The notes beneath the pieces were generated by a model. It made no database searches, was not told the origin of the DNA, and saw nothing but the letters and a program-made list of their open reading frames with translations. A DNA stretch of 52,855 nt, from contig CAZIZK010000001.1 of assembly GCA_964544225.1 (NCBI GenBank), positions 1-52,855 on the forward strand. The letters run 5' to 3'. Positions within the stretch are counted from its first letter, which is position 1; each line of letters starts with the position of its first letter. The DNA comes from an uncultured Candidatus Saccharibacteria bacterium. Its GTDB lineage: Bacteria; Patescibacteriota; Minisyncoccia; Phycocordibacterales; UBA9973. The position numbers and the translations under genes are program-made. Shown here piece after piece: positions 26,524 through 35,705 of the stretch.

Positions 26524-28509
26524 TTATAACATTTTTAGAAATTCACTTTCGGAGATTATTGGTACACCTAGAGTCACAGCTTCCTCATATTTCGAGCCGG
26601 CACTAACGCCAGCTAGTACATATGATGTGTTCTTTGACACTGAGCTTGCCACTTTGCCACCCGCACCTTGGATCATCTTCTTTGCATCATCGCGTGCAAG
26701 TGTCTGTAATGTACCAGTAAGGACAAATATCTTTCCAGATAATTTGGTATTTGTAACTTTCTTGTTGGCAATTATCTTTACACCATTGTTTATCAATTTA
26801 TTTACAAAATTAATATTTTCTTTATGTTTGAAATATTCATAAACACTTTCCGACACTACAGGACCTATACCCTCGATACTATTAATATCTTCAAGCGTTG
26901 CTTTTAACAGATTATCTAATTTTATAAATTTATTTGCCAAGTCTTGTGAAGTTACCTCACCCACATGCAATATCCCTAGGCCATAGATAAATCGCCAAAA
27001 CGGAACCTCTTTATGATTTTGGATAGAATTGATTATGTTGAGGGCAGACTTTGCACCAAACCTCTCTAATCCAGACAAATCTGCAGGCTCGAGTGTAAAC
27101 AAATCGGCAGAGTCGCTGATAAGCCCTTCTTCTTTAAGTCTATCGAGTACCTTTGGGCCGATCTCGTATATTTCGTACACATTTACAAAATGTTGCATTC
27201 CACGCCTGTTCTTTGCAGGGCAAGATTTATTATTACAATAATAAAATATATCTTTTTTAATTACATTACTTTCACATACTGGACAAGTGTCTGGCATTTT
27301 GAATTTCTTTTCTTTACCTCCCCTCATATTTATCAAAACTTCAACAACCTCTGGAATCACATCCCCAGCCTTTTGTATCACTACAGTGTCACCCACTCGT
27401 ATATCAAGACGCTCTATCTGATCCATATTATGAAGTGTAGCTTTTGATACAGTAGAACCAGCAACAAGCGTAGGTGTAAAGTGTGCAAGTGGTGTCAGTA
27501 CTCCTGTACGCCCAACATTAACAGTAATACCTGTAACAATAGTTGTGGCTTTCTCGGCTGGGTATTTATAAGCTACAGCATATCTTGGAGCTTTACCCAC
27601 CACACCCAATATATCTTGATCTTTATTGTCATCAACACATACAACTACCCCATCTGTGCCATATGGAAACTTCTCACGGATTGTTGCCACATAGTCAATA
27701 AATTCAAAAACCTCATCTAAGTTGCGAGCTTCTTTGTCATGATTATCTACCACAAACCCCAAATCTTTTAGAAATTTGTGTTTTTGAGAATGCGAATTTA
27801 TATCTTTATACCCTTCTATGGCAGGTATATCGTATGCAAAAAAGTCCAAGCTTCGATCCTTTACTACTTGTGGGTCCAGTTGTCGCAAAGACCCTGCAGC
27901 AGCATTGCGAGTGTTGGCAAAAAGGGGCTTACCGCTCTTCTCATTATCTTTATTTATCTTCTGCCAAACTTTCTTTGCCATTACCACTTCCCCACGCACT
28001 TCGATCATACTTGGGTACGGCTTTTCCAATCGCAAAGGGATGCTCTTTATCATTTTTAAATTCTCAGTTATATCCTCGCCCACAAAGCCATCGCCACGCG
28101 TAGCCCCACGCACAAATACCCCATCCTCATATACAAGTGACACAGCTAAGCCATCGAATTTCAATTCGCAAAAATATTTTAAGTTTTTATTATCTTCGAT
28201 TATTTTATTTATTCTGTTCTCCCAATCTACAACTTCGTCTTTTGAAAATGCATCATTTAAAGAAAGCATGCGTTTACTATGTGTGACTTTCGTAAAGCCA
28301 GAACTGACCGAGCCTGCCACACGGTCAAGAGAATCATTTACCTCTTTAAATTCGGGATATTCCGATTCCAGTTTACGTAATTCACGCATCAAAGATTCGT
28401 AAACATCATCAGTTACGGTAGGGTCATTGTCTACATGGTACTTGTGTCTTAGTTGTGATATCTCTTTACGAAGATTATGTATCCTGTCTTGTATATTTTT
28501 ATTCTGCAT
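26524..28509 (-). CDS. ligA: NAD-dependent DNA ligase
   Basis: MLSLND, ELKFDG, ATRGDG..GED, EVRGEV, VGRTG, CPVC zinc finger, HhH motifs and BRCT. Confidence 0.98.
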   Translation of the reverse strand: MQNKNIQDRIHNLRKEISQLRHKYHVDNDPTVTDDVYESLMRELRKLESEYPEFKEVNDSLDRVAGSVSSGFTKVTHSKRMLSLNDAFSKDEVVDWENRINKIIEDNKNLKYFCELKFDGLAVSLVYEDGVFVRGATRGDGFVGEDITENLKMIKSIPLRLEKPYPSMIEVRGEVVMAKKVWQKINKDNEKSGKPLFANTRNAAAGSLRQLDPQVVKDRSLDFFAYDIPAIEGYKDINSHSQKHKFLKDLGFVVDNHDKEARNLDEVFEFIDYVATIREKFPYGTDGVVVCVDDNKDQDILGVVGKAPRYAVAYKYPAEKATTIVTGITVNVGRTGVLTPLAHFTPTLVAGSTVSKATLHNMDQIERLDIRVGDTVVIQKAGDVIPEVVEVLINMRGGKEKKFKMPDTCPVCESNVIKKDIFYYCNNKSCPAKNRRGMQHFVNVYEIYEIGPKVLDRLKEEGLISDSADLFTLEPADLSGLERFGAKSALNIINSIQNHKEVPFWRFIYGLGILHVGEVTSQDLANKFIKLDNLLKATLEDINSIEGIGPVVSESVYEYFKHKENINFVNKLINNGVKIIANKKVTNTKLSGKIFVLTGTLQTLARDDAKKMIQGAGGKVASSVSKNTSYVLAGVSAGSKYEEAVTLGVPIISESEFLKML

Positions 28510-28513
28510 ATAT

Positions 28514-28996
28514 TTAATAATTTACTTCTATACCACGCTCTACTTGGTGTATATCTGACGAATCACAAACATTATAGCCACGTGCCTTTATGTCGGCAGT
28601 ATATGGTGGTGTTACACCAGTACTCTTGTCTACATCGATACTAAAGCATGGTCCTGCAAATGGTAAATTTACACTAAGCCTATATATATCAGTACCTATA
28701 TTTGCAATATTTAGATCAATAGGGTTACCACTACCATCAAGCCCACACTGCCAAGGTGAAGATAGTATTGCTAAGTTCTGTATTTCAGCTGCGTAGATAG
28801 CACACTCAACAGCTGTGTCCGCTTGGTAGAAGGCTAGTTGTGATTCACGAGCAGTAGAAGACAATAGAAGTTGTTTTAATATTGCATTCGACATACCTGC
28901 CCCCATCGCTAAAATGGCAGATATAATTATAATAGTAAAAAGGATAGCGTAACCCTGATTATAAGTATTTAGTTTTTTCCCATTTATTTTAATCAT
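28514..28996 (-). CDS. PilX/GspK-like minor pilin
   Basis: QG|YAILFTIIII lacking Glu5, and AFYQADTAVECA. Confidence 0.7.
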   Translation of the reverse strand: MIKINGKKLNTYNQGYAILFTIIIISAILAMGAGMSNAILKQLLLSSTARESQLAFYQADTAVECAIYAAEIQNLAILSSPWQCGLDGSGNPIDLNIANIGTDIYRLSVNLPFAGPCFSIDVDKSTGVTPPYTADIKARGYNVCDSSDIHQVERGIEVNY

Positions 28997-29000
28997 GATA

Positions 29001-29609
29001 TTATTGCCACTTTAAAAGACTACTGTGGATAGTTTGTGACTTTACAATCGAACCATTGAGCCACTCAACTGTTACAGTTATGCGAACTTCTTCGTCCGAA
29101 TTGGCCAGGTCCAAATGCACCTGCCTTTTGAAAGGCACTTGTATTGCCCCTAACATATTACTATTGTAATGATAGAAAGCACTCGATGGTAAAGTCTTAT
29201 CCATAAAGAATTGTGGGCATGTTAGTGTGCCATAAAGTGGTATAAAGCCTGGGTCGCAATAAACAATATTTGTAGTATAGGACCAATCCGTAACTTCAAA
29301 TGAACAACCAGTACTGCTATAGCACAAAGTTGCAGTAGCATGGTCACCATAATGGTCAAGGAAACCTGTCCAATTACCATTTTGAAATGCTGTACTATCG
29401 CGGTCATTACGTATATAATCCACAGCTTCTTGGGCAAGATATGTAGCAGTCAATTCGTTCTTTGCGTATTTAGCAGAGAATAAGCTATTGGTAATAATAG
29501 AAAGTAGTGAAGAAAGTGCAAATGTAAGCATCAATATAGCCACTAGTGTTTCCAACAGTGTGAAGCCTGAATTTTTATTATTTATATTTTTAAATAAATT
29601 ATTTTTCAT
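29001..29609 (-). CDS. type IV minor pilin (PilV-like)
   Basis: SG|FTLLETLV prepilin motif, and ATYLAQEAVDYIRN.RD. Confidence 0.85.
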   Translation of the reverse strand: MKNNLFKNINNKNSGFTLLETLVAILMLTFALSSLLSIITNSLFSAKYAKNELTATYLAQEAVDYIRNDRDSTAFQNGNWTGFLDHYGDHATATLCYSSTGCSFEVTDWSYTTNIVYCDPGFIPLYGTLTCPQFFMDKTLPSSAFYHYNSNMLGAIQVPFKRQVHLDLANSDEEVRITVTVEWLNGSIVKSQTIHSSLLKWQ

Positions 29610-29610
29610 A

Positions 29611-30189
29611 TTATTCGCCATTTCTTTGTGATGCTAATGTTTGTAGCGCAAAGTCTGTGATCTCACCATTGACAGTTACTTGACCCTTCATCAATATATA
29701 CACACTTGGCTGTATACCATCGAAATTATCTGTCCCTCGTGTCACAAACCGCAAATGTGTAATATTGACCTCGGATGATGTCATATCGACACAGCCACCA
29801 CTTGTTGTACACTTTTGCAAAGTATATGGAGTAGTTAGTGTATTCCAATAAAACTTCGTATCGCTTGCTGAATGATAAGCAGGGGTAAATGCAAGTTCAG
29901 TGCCACCAGAACAATCAGAAAGTGTTGAAGTCGGCAGTGTAATACCAACACTACAGTTATAATGTGATCCTGTACGTAGTGATCGAGACATGCTCTCCAT
30001 AGCATAATTCACATTATCCATAGCTGCACGCAATGCCTTGGCCTTCTTTGCATAGTTGCTCGATATAAGTAAGCTACCAAGCGCCGCAAGCATAACTATA
30101 GTAAAGACAGCCGAAGCAACAAGCACTTCTATCAAGGTAAAACCTTTTTGATTATTTATATTCGATTGTTTATTTAAAAAATTAAACAT
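29611..30189 (-). CDS. type IV minor pilin (PilW-like)
   Basis: KG|FTLIEVLV prepilin motif. Confidence 0.85.
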   Translation of the reverse strand: MFNFLNKQSNINNQKGFTLIEVLVASAVFTIVMLAALGSLLISSNYAKKAKALRAAMDNVNYAMESMSRSLRTGSHYNCSVGITLPTSTLSDCSGGTELAFTPAYHSASDTKFYWNTLTTPYTLQKCTTSGGCVDMTSSEVNITHLRFVTRGTDNFDGIQPSVYILMKGQVTVNGEITDFALQTLASQRNGE

Positions 30190-30195
30190 ATATTT

Positions 30196-30864
30196 TTAAT
30201 CAATACGTATCTGGCCCGTGTTCCAGATACTTATCACCTTTTCGCGACTATCTGTGGACTGAACTTTAATACTGACGTAAGATGCCAGTGTTGTACATGA
30301 ACCTCCGTTGACTCTAAAGCAGAATGTTGGTTCGGGATTCGGCCGAGTAAATACGATATCAACGCTTGGTGATAAAGTCGAATCCACACACAATGTATCG
30401 ACACATAAAGCAGTTATCCGATCAGAACTATTAATATCTATTATATTCATACACTCGTTGCCATACATAAGATTGTCACATGTGCCTGTCAATTGATTAT
30501 AAGTATGATCACCGAGTAGTCCAGGGGTAAATGGTATATCTGAGAAGAATATAAAGGAACTAGAACTACCGGAAGAAGCGGATCCAGGTAAACTAGGTAA
30601 TGAAAAATGTAGTCCGTACCCAGGGAATTGGCGCCCACCACCACCCACATCAGTCCCCTTTACCCCTATCGCATACACCTGGGCCTTGCGGATAGTTAGT
30701 GCTATATCTTGGGACAAGTTGCCAAGTGATATATTGGATTTGTATTGTGAATAATTGAACAACATTATTGCAGAGATAATAACAAAGATAGACATAACAA
30801 CAACAAGCTCTAACACTGTTAGACCTTGTTGTTTGTTTATGCCTTTTGTTATTAATCTATTCAT
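30196..30864 (-). CDS. type IV minor pilin (FimT/GspH-like)
   Basis: QG|LTVLELVV prepilin motif, IRKAQVYA and C-terminal NTGQI. Confidence 0.82.
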   Translation of the reverse strand: MNRLITKGINKQQGLTVLELVVVMSIFVIISAIMLFNYSQYKSNISLGNLSQDIALTIRKAQVYAIGVKGTDVGGGGRQFPGYGLHFSLPSLPGSASSGSSSSFIFFSDIPFTPGLLGDHTYNQLTGTCDNLMYGNECMNIIDINSSDRITALCVDTLCVDSTLSPSVDIVFTRPNPEPTFCFRVNGGSCTTLASYVSIKVQSTDSREKVISIWNTGQIRID

Positions 30865-31682
30865 TAGATGAAGGTAAACAATTCAATGATGTAAGTTAAA
30901 TTAATATTGAACATTAGTACCAATAAAGCCCCGAGAATGAGAAATGGTGCAAAAGGTATCTCTGTCTTCATCTTTATATTCATCTTGCCGAAGATCATCA
31001 TAACTATACCAAACACTGCTCCTGTCCAGAAAGCAATAATCAATGAAGCAATTCCACCTGATACACCTAGCATCCACCCAATAACCAATATCAACTTTGC
31101 ATCACCGAGGCCCATCAACTTTCCACGAGACAGCAACCATATAAGTGCAAAAGGTAATGCCAAAAGTGGTCCTGCATAAAGCTGATCAATGCTTGGTATG
31201 GTAAATACACTACCAATACCACTTATATTAATAAACATAAAAGCTACAACTATTACAGATAGAAATATTATCAACTTGTCTGGGATAATCTTGTGGCGAA
31301 TATCGTATACACCAATAACAATCATAGTAGCGAATATTACCATAAAATATGTAAGTACTATGATGAATACATGCATAGAAGATAGAGCTAGTAGTGGCAT
31401 AAAACGCAAAGCCAATAACATAAATACAAAACCGGTAACAAACTCTACAACTGGATACTGTTTGGATATCTTAGAACTACAAGTTCTGCACTTACCCTTC
31501 TGAACCATAAACGAGAGTATCGGTATCAATTCATACCAAGACAAACTATGACTACATGACATACAGATAGACCGGCCATCCATAGGTGTACGACCAGTAT
31601 TGAAACGGTAAATAACCACATTAAGGAAACTACCAATAATTGTACCCAGTAAAAACATGAAAGTTAATATAATTATATTCAT
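30864..31682 (-). CDS. pilD: prepilin peptidase
   Basis: GSFLNVVIYR, RSICMSC, GKCRTC, YDIRHKIIPD, MGLGDAKL and IPFAPFL. Start 31682. Confidence 0.95.
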   Translation of the reverse strand: MNIIILTFMFLLGTIIGSFLNVVIYRFNTGRTPMDGRSICMSCSHSLSWYELIPILSFMVQKGKCRTCSSKISKQYPVVEFVTGFVFMLLALRFMPLLALSSMHVFIIVLTYFMVIFATMIVIGVYDIRHKIIPDKLIIFLSVIVVAFMFINISGIGSVFTIPSIDQLYAGPLLALPFALIWLLSRGKLMGLGDAKLILVIGWMLGVSGGIASLIIAFWTGAVFGIVMMIFGKMNIKMKTEIPFAPFLILGALLVLMFNINLTYIIELFTFI

Positions 31683-31712
31683 AAGTCTATTATAACACTC
31701 TGTCACATAAAC

Positions 31713-31747
31713 AAAAACACTCAAACCATTATGGTTTGAGTGTTTTT
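31713..31747. terminator. terminator after pilin, 17-bp arms, 1-nt loop
   Basis: AAAAACACTCAAACCAT-T-ATGGTTTGAGTGTTTTT. Confidence 0.85.
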
Positions 31748-31758
31748 AAAAAATCTAA

Positions 31759-32217
31759 TTATGCACAAGATGCAACGTTGGCAGTGATAGAAGCAGTTGC
31801 CTCTCCTGCAAAACCTTTACTGTCTACACACCAAGATGTTGCTGGGTTAGTCTTCAGTGGCACAGATACTGCCCATGAGTCAGCATTTGCAGAAACACCG
31901 TCAGCTGCATCAGATAAACATACTGGTGTACCACCACTTGAAGCCACAGCCGCTGTTATACCAGCACTAATAGTAGCAGTTCCGAATAATCCTGCTGCAC
32001 AGTCACTTGTAGCAACGTTGGCACCATAGTTGCCCCCATTGTTGTCATAGTAAGTCACAGTATTTGTGCGCATACCACCCAAGTTAGCCTTGATAGCTGC
32101 GTCTGCACCCTTTGCACGAGCACTGTTAACAGCTGCAAGCACTACTGATGCCAATACTCCGATAATAGCGATAACCACTAGCAATTCGATCAATGTAAAA
32201 CCTGAATTCTTTTTCAT
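31759..32217 (-). CDS. type IV major pilin candidate 2
   Basis: SG|FTLIELLVVIAIIGVLASVV, C-terminal cysteines, own terminator. Confidence 0.9.
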   Translation of the reverse strand: MKKNSGFTLIELLVVIAIIGVLASVVLAAVNSARAKGADAAIKANLGGMRTNTVTYYDNNGGNYGANVATSDCAAGLFGTATISAGITAAVASSGGTPVCLSDAADGVSANADSWAVSVPLKTNPATSWCVDSKGFAGEATASITANVASCA

Positions 32218-32316
32218 ATTTTTTAAAAAATAAAAACTAATAATAATTTAACTTATAACGTTAATGTGTATTTATTATACCATGAAATTCAGTGAGTAAA
32301 GATGTAGCCTGTGCAT

Positions 32317-32356
32317 AAATAACAAAATCCCACCATATGGTGGGATTTTGTTATTT
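32317..32356. terminator. perfect 40-bp palindrome / terminator after pilin 1
   Basis: AAATAACAAAATCCCACCAT|ATGGTGGGATTTTGTTATTT. Confidence 0.85.
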
Positions 32357-32385
32357 TTACCAAGATAGAGATTAGGTAAAATATA

Positions 32386-32862
32386 TTATGCGCACACTAC
32401 AGCAGAAGCAGCAAGAACTGCTGTCTCTGTCTTTGATGCACCTGTTGAGTCAACACAGTACATAGAAGGCACAGATACTGTTGAAGCTTTTAGAGGAGCT
32501 TCCGCTGCCCATGCAGTTGCTGTATCATGACAAGTTGCAGTAAGTCCAGCACCAGCTGTTGTCAAAGTATTTGCCACAGCAGATAAACCTGAAGCTCTTG
32601 CAGCACCAAGAACGATATCGTTAACAGTCTTAACACCGTTTACAGCTGTTGTTCCACAAACACCAGAGTAGCTGTTTGCGTTAGCATCGTAGTAAAGCTC
32701 TGCTTGTGCACGAGCGTTTGCCATGTTTGCCTTTACTGCAGCATCGATACCCTTTGTACGAGCGCTGTTAACAGCTGCAAGCACTACTGATGCGAGTACT
32801 CCGATAATAGCGATAACCACTAGCAATTCGATCAATGTAAAACCTTTATTGTTTTTAATCAT
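32386..32862 (-). CDS. type IV major pilin candidate 1
   Basis: KG|FTLIELLVVIAIIGVLASVV. Start MIKNNKG at 32862. Confidence 0.9.
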   Translation of the reverse strand: MIKNNKGFTLIELLVVIAIIGVLASVVLAAVNSARTKGIDAAVKANMANARAQAELYYDANANSYSGVCGTTAVNGVKTVNDIVLGAARASGLSAVANTLTTAGAGLTATCHDTATAWAAEAPLKASTVSVPSMYCVDSTGASKTETAVLAASAVVCA

Positions 32863-32973
32863 ATTAAAAATGTTTATTAATAATTTATCTTTTAGAAAAA
32901 GACACGACCTATTTTCTAATCTACCTATTATATCATACAAATATATAACGCAACACTAATATGTGAATAAGTG

Positions 32974-34179
32974 CTATGAAATACCACCTGCAATATTGTA
33001 AATAGGCATCAAAACAGAGGCTAGGAGTACACCCACTCCCAAACCAAGAGCCACGATCATAACGGGCTCGATAAGGCTTACCAGTGTATCTACCGCATCC
33101 TGAGCTTCACGGTTATAGAAATGTCCAAGAGTTTTCAATATACTACCCATAGAACCTGTCTCTTCACCAACACGGACCATCTGAGACATGATCTTTGGTA
33201 TTTCTTCGTGTTTCGCAAGAGCGTCTGAAAGAGAGCTTCCCGCTTTTACATCGTCCGATGCTTGTTTTAGAACTTGCTGATAAATACGGTTACCCACCAC
33301 ACCAGATGTAACCTCAATAGCGTGGATAATAGGAATACCTGATGAAAGCATTGTATCCATATTGTCGGCAATACGAGAAAGATATAACTTTTTAAATATA
33401 GTTTTGAAAACTGGTATTTTTATTTTTAAACTATCAAGATACCCTTTGCCTTTATCTGAACGAGTAAGTTTATATACATAAAATACTGCAACGACGAGGA
33501 ATATCAATATAAAGATTCCATAATTTACCAACATCTCTGACACCCAGATAACCATCTTTGTATAGAAAGGTATGTCTTGACCAGACTCTTGGATAATTAT
33601 GGTCAATTTTGGAATAATAAATACAAACATAGCTGTCATAACCAGTATAAACACACCCACTACGAATGACGGGTAGATCAATGCGTTCTTTACCTTTGAA
33701 GTCAGTGCGTACTGACGATCCAGATAGTCTGCAAGGTATGTAAATATTTCACTGAGCTTACCAGACTCTTCACCCGCTTTTACCATGTTTACATAAAAGC
33801 TGGAAAAGACGTCGGGGTATTTCGCCAATGCGCCTGATATAGGAGTCCCGGACTGTATGTCGTCTGTAATGCTAGTGAGTATCCTACCGAGTAATTTATT
33901 CTCAGTATTAGCTGCAAGCATATTAAAAGCTTTAAGGGCGGAGACTTGTGCTTCGAAAAGTGTAGACATCTGGCGTGACATCACCACTACGTCTTTCATC
34001 GGAACGCTCTCCATAAAAGCAAAAGAAAGTAGAGACTTCTTCTCCTTCTCTTCATTCATGGACATGACTATCAGGCCACGCCTTTGTAATGCGCCAATAG
34101 CCAAATCACGCGTAGCAGCATCGATGCTACCCTCCTTCTTTTCACCTGTATTGGTTATGGCTTTGTAGGTAAATAACAT
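32974..34179 (-). CDS. pilC: type IV pilus platform protein PilC (GspF family)
   Basis: Two GspF repeats: GEESGKL, KNALIYP, VGEETG and LIEP. Confidence 0.93.
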   Translation of the reverse strand: MLFTYKAITNTGEKKEGSIDAATRDLAIGALQRRGLIVMSMNEEKEKKSLLSFAFMESVPMKDVVVMSRQMSTLFEAQVSALKAFNMLAANTENKLLGRILTSITDDIQSGTPISGALAKYPDVFSSFYVNMVKAGEESGKLSEIFTYLADYLDRQYALTSKVKNALIYPSFVVGVFILVMTAMFVFIIPKLTIIIQESGQDIPFYTKMVIWVSEMLVNYGIFILIFLVVAVFYVYKLTRSDKGKGYLDSLKIKIPVFKTIFKKLYLSRIADNMDTMLSSGIPIIHAIEVTSGVVGNRIYQQVLKQASDDVKAGSSLSDALAKHEEIPKIMSQMVRVGEETGSMGSILKTLGHFYNREAQDAVDTLVSLIEPVMIVALGLGVGVLLASVLMPIYNIAGGIS

Positions 34180-34180
34180 T

Positions 34181-35239
34181 TTATAACATCTGCTCTAATG
34201 CTTTTGGGTTAAGAGAATACTGGTGTGCGCTTTCCATTGTGATCTCCCCTTTTTGAACAAGCTCTATTAGTGACCTGTTCATGTCGATCATACCTTGCTG
34301 AAAACTAGTCTCTATAACAGTGTCGATTTCGTGAGTCCTCTTCTCCCTGATCAGGTTTGCAATAGCGTTGTTGTTGATCATCAACTCATATGCAGGGATG
34401 CGGCCACCAGTTATGCGTGGCACCAACCTCTGTGAGAATACTCCGAGTAGCGATGATGCAAGCTGGATACGGATCTGGTCTTGTTGGCCTGGTGGAAACG
34501 AGTCGATAATACGATCGATAGTCTGTGATGCATTGTTAGTGTGTAGTGTGGATATAACCAGGTGTCCAGTTTCAGCTGCTGTAACAGCAGTCGAGATTGT
34601 TTCTGGGCTACGCATCTCACCTATCAATATTACATTCATATCTTCACGAAATACTGAACGGAGTGCAGTTTCAAAGCTCTTTGTATCAATACCCACTTCA
34701 CGCTGATCAATAATAGACTTGTCTGGTGTATAGATATACTCTACTGGGTCCTCAATAGTTACGATATGTACTGCACGTTCATGGTTAATAGTGTTGACCA
34801 TAGCTGACATAGTTGTTGACTTACCCTGACCTACTGGACCCACTACCAGAAAAAAGCCTTGTCTTTTACTTGCAAAATCCTTCAATACAGGTGGTAGACC
34901 CAGCTCATCGAAATCCTTTGCCTTTGGTATAAGGCGCAATACAATAGATATAAAAGTACGCTGGAAATACGCATTGCCACGTAGACGTGCACCCCCCATC
35001 GATGTGTAGGAGAAGTCGACTTCCTTTTCTTCGATGAATTTCTTTGTTTTGTCTTCACCTATTAATATATTTAGTATCCCTAGCATGTCTTTGTCAGACA
35101 TTTCGTTATTGTTAGCCAGGAAAAGTAGCTCGCCATTTATACGCACTGCAGGTTTACGAAAGGCTGCTAGGTGGATGTCTGATCCACTTTCATTTATAAG
35201 CCCTGTTATTAGATCTTCAACTATTTTTTTATAATCCAT
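34181..35239 (-). CDS. pilT: type IV pilus retraction ATPase
   Basis: SDIHL, GPVGQGKST, TIEDPVE, LREDxxVILIGEMR, AETGHLVISTLH and AIANLIRE. Confidence 0.93.
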   Translation of the reverse strand: MDYKKIVEDLITGLINESGSDIHLAAFRKPAVRINGELLFLANNNEMSDKDMLGILNILIGEDKTKKFIEEKEVDFSYTSMGGARLRGNAYFQRTFISIVLRLIPKAKDFDELGLPPVLKDFASKRQGFFLVVGPVGQGKSTTMSAMVNTINHERAVHIVTIEDPVEYIYTPDKSIIDQREVGIDTKSFETALRSVFREDMNVILIGEMRSPETISTAVTAAETGHLVISTLHTNNASQTIDRIIDSFPPGQQDQIRIQLASSLLGVFSQRLVPRITGGRIPAYELMINNNAIANLIREKRTHEIDTVIETSFQQGMIDMNRSLIELVQKGEITMESAHQYSLNPKALEQML

Positions 35240-35270
35240 TCAATATTAAATTAACCTATTAATAAAAAGA

Positions 35271-35663
35271 TTATTTGTGACTATTGAGCATATCTGCCAC
35301 TTTTGTAATCACTTCGGCTGGAGTCGAGCTTGCCTTTACTATATAACCTGATGCACCTAGAGCTTCCCCACGAGCAATGTCGGATTGTTGTCCACGATTT
35401 GAAAGTATAATACGCAATGTGGTCTGGCACAGATTCTCCTCTTTCATCTTCTCTAGCATTTCGAAGCCATCCATAACAGGCATCATAATGTCGAGCAACA
35501 TTACATCAGGGACTAACCCTCCACGCATCTTCTGCAATGCATCTTCAGAACCAAGTGATATGATCACCTCATAACCAGACTGACTGAACTTCAATGCATA
35601 CATATCTAATAAGAAATTATCATCATCTACTATAAAAATCTTCTTTTTTGTTTCTTCTGCCAT
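35271..35663 (-). CDS. single-domain response regulator (REC)
   Basis: FIVDDD, LLDIMMPVMDGF, ILSN and YIVK. Confidence 0.92.
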   Translation of the reverse strand: MAEETKKKIFIVDDDNFLLDMYALKFSQSGYEVIISLGSEDALQKMRGGLVPDVMLLDIMMPVMDGFEMLEKMKEENLCQTTLRIILSNRGQQSDIARGEALGASGYIVKASSTPAEVITKVADMLNSHK

Positions 35664-35705
35664 ATAAATATATTATACCTCAATTAAAAATAAATAAGAA
35701 ATAGC

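Noticed and set aside
31759-32970. DnaA-box-like 9-mers (TTATGCACA at 31759 and ~32310, TTATTCACA at ~32962) suggesting oriC
   Set aside because: They are sparse, one is coding sequence (Cys-Ala-stop), and no dnaA/dnaN or clustered boxes are present.
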